Source: Carcharhinus amblyrhynchos (Eukaryota). From it: a DNA stretch of 64,000 nucleotides. Under the pieces are notes generated by a model. It was not told where the DNA came from, made no database searches, and saw only the letters and a list, made by a program, of their open reading frames with translations. Below, piece by piece: positions 61,621 through 64,000 of this stretch. How positions within the stretch are numbered: position 1 is the stretch's first letter; each line of letters starts with the position of its first letter. The DNA lies in NCBI GenBank assembly GCA_965287045.1, contig OZ336879.1, positions 37,882,001 to 37,946,000 of the forward strand. The letters run 5' to 3'. A program made the position numbers and the translations under genes.

Positions 61621-64000
61621 TTTTTCAGGAAAGAAATCTGCTAGTCTGGCCTACATGTGACTCCAGGTCGATAGTAATATAGTTGGCTCTTAATTGTCCC
61701 TGAAATAGCCTACAATGTCACTCTGTGCCAGGCAATTAGGGATGGGCAACACATGTTGGCCCAGCCAGCGATACCCTCATCCCATGCCAGAATAAATTTT
61801 AAAAGGACTGTAAGAAGAATAACAGTTTCACTTTCACCCATTTTACAATATTGCATAAAGTCAAGATATACAGCAATTTTTTTTATACTGCAAAAAGACG
61901 GGTAAGGGAATCTCACATAGGAAATGCACATTGAGACCAAAAGATTAATACATACTGCATACTTGCATACTGGAAAAATAGATGTTAAAATTATAAATGT
62001 TTCTCAGTTTAGCATGTATCGAGTTGAATCTGGTGCTTCATGTAGTTTCTATTGAAATGAGTCTAAATAAATTACATTATTTGAGGGAAAATTACTGTAC
62101 ATTCTAGAGTAAAATAAATGTTTAATCAAAGCGAATCAGTAAGAAAGAAAATAATTTATGCACAATAAAAGCTACAGCTTGCTTCTGCTTATATTGCTAA
62201 TATTTAATGGGTGTGGGTATTGTTATTAATTTTCTAATACTATCAGTTCCTTTTTCTTAAATGAAGTCTGACAAATCAGATCAAGGACTATCACTGGGGC
62301 ACAGAAAAAGGGACAAAGAGAATTTCACCAGTGAAGAAACAGAATTAAAAACAATCAGTGAAACTGATGCAACCAACAAAAAAAACATAACTTAAGATAA
62401 AAGGTTCATGGAATTATATATTTTTATATATGTGTGGCCTCAATTCAAATTCATTTCACACCGGATTTGTGGAACAGGGGTGGTAATGACTTTTCTGTGC
62501 TCTGAGATAGATGGGGATAAGGGAAAAAATTCAATCTGCATCAAAGCAAAATTTAATTTGTGCTCCATTTCACAATCGCAAATGCATTTTGGTGCAGTGC
62601 AGGTCTAAGCTCCTATGTTGTCCCTCCCCCATTTGCTTGTATTTTTTTTTGGCAGTGTCAAGAGGGAGCAGGATCTGCGCTAAAGAGTTTCTCAGACTGA
62701 CTTATTTCTTGAAATAGCCTGGTCCTGTTTTGGTGTTGTCATATGGACAACTGGGAATGGTAGAGCTGCCATTACAAATCTGAGATGCAGCTCTTTTTTA
62801 AGGTCTCACTAATAATTCTACAGTTTTTCTCTCCCCTCAGAGATATGCCCAGTAATATGAACAGTATAACTGCCACAGAAGATGGCAGCATCCAGACTAA
62901 AATGAAAGAATTCACCAACAATTTTCAGCAGCAGTGAAGATCTTTTATAGTCAGAGCTGAGACTGACAGTGGTATCACATTGTTAAATGTTGAGCCTGCG
63001 GTTCCATATTTCGTGAGTATTCAATGCGCAAATCCCTGTTCAAGGCCACAGATGCGTGTTTCCCGGCCAAACCCGCCAGAAAAGTGGCGGGCCGCAACGG
63101 GAGAATCGCGTTGCCAAATTCAAATCCCATTGCTGGTGAAATTTAAATTCAGTTAATTAAGTCTGGAATTGAATTCTATTCTCAGTAATGGTAACTAGCT
63201 TTAGCCATCAAGAAGACCCATCTGGTTCCTTTAGAGAAAGAAATCTGCAATCTCTACCTGGTCTGGCTTACTTGTGATTCCAGAACCACAGCAATGTGGT
63301 AGAAATTAGTTGCCTTCTTGAAATGTCCTTGCAAGCCACTCAGTTCAAGCGCAATTAGTGGTAGACAACAAATAATGGCTTGGCCAGTGATGCCCACATC
63401 TCATTAAAGAATACAGCTAGAATTCTCTCACTTTGCCCGTGGTTGCGATTCTCCGTTCGCGCTGCAAATGAATGGAGATTTGGCTGAGCTCAAAATTTTC
63501 CATGCTTGCTGGAAGTGATGGTGGGGTGTACAACATCAGAGGATTCCACCAACATTTTATAAAGTTGTAATGGTTGATTTAGACACTAAAAGTGGTGATG
63601 GAACATCAGGAACACATGTCAGTCAATATGCTCTTGGATTGAGAAATGAAAGAAGAGAGAGAGCGAGAGAGGCTGATGTAATTCTGTTAAGAAAATGATC
63701 TGATGGTGTCAGACACCTTTTTTAAGCAACAAAAAAGATATGTGACCATTTACACCTTGACATGTTGAAGGATGAGCGCATCAGAGAGGCACTCAATCTT
63801 AAAGCAAAAAAGTAAGTGTGAATGTCTCAACATTGAGGAATCAAAATAAGTAGTCTCAGTACACGAAAGAGAAAAACATGAAAGAAGGCATAGAACAATT
63901 CTGCAAAATGGACAAGGGAAGAAGACAGGGAGTAGATGACAGATTGTCTACCAGCAATGGTGATTGATAAGGAAAAGAAAACAAATCCGCCTGAGTATAA

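Overview
This is vertebrate nuclear DNA, almost certainly from a cartilaginous fish: it carries HE1-type tRNA SINEs, Deu-domain SINEs and abundant CR1. It is dominated by old transposable elements (CR1, L2, Rex1/Babar and RTE LINEs; Penelope elements with hammerhead motifs; a decayed Ty3/Gypsy element and related LTRs; a Harbinger relic and its MITEs). No intact long ORF is present. Between the repeats, the minus strand holds more than 15 splice-bounded, heavily decayed exon remnants. From about 55.3 kb down to position 20 they read colinearly as a polycystin-1-like (PKD1L2/PKD1L3-type) gene: REJ/GAIN, GPS, TM1, PLAT, TM2-5, S1, TOP domain and S3. In-frame stops, frameshifts and TE insertions inside exons suggest an ancient pseudogene. 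Other notable items are a restructured U2-snRNA-derived sequence, minimal hammerhead ribozyme motifs, two local inverted duplications and a minisatellite bracketed by a ~110-bp direct duplication. All family assignments come from motif recognition by eye, not database searches.
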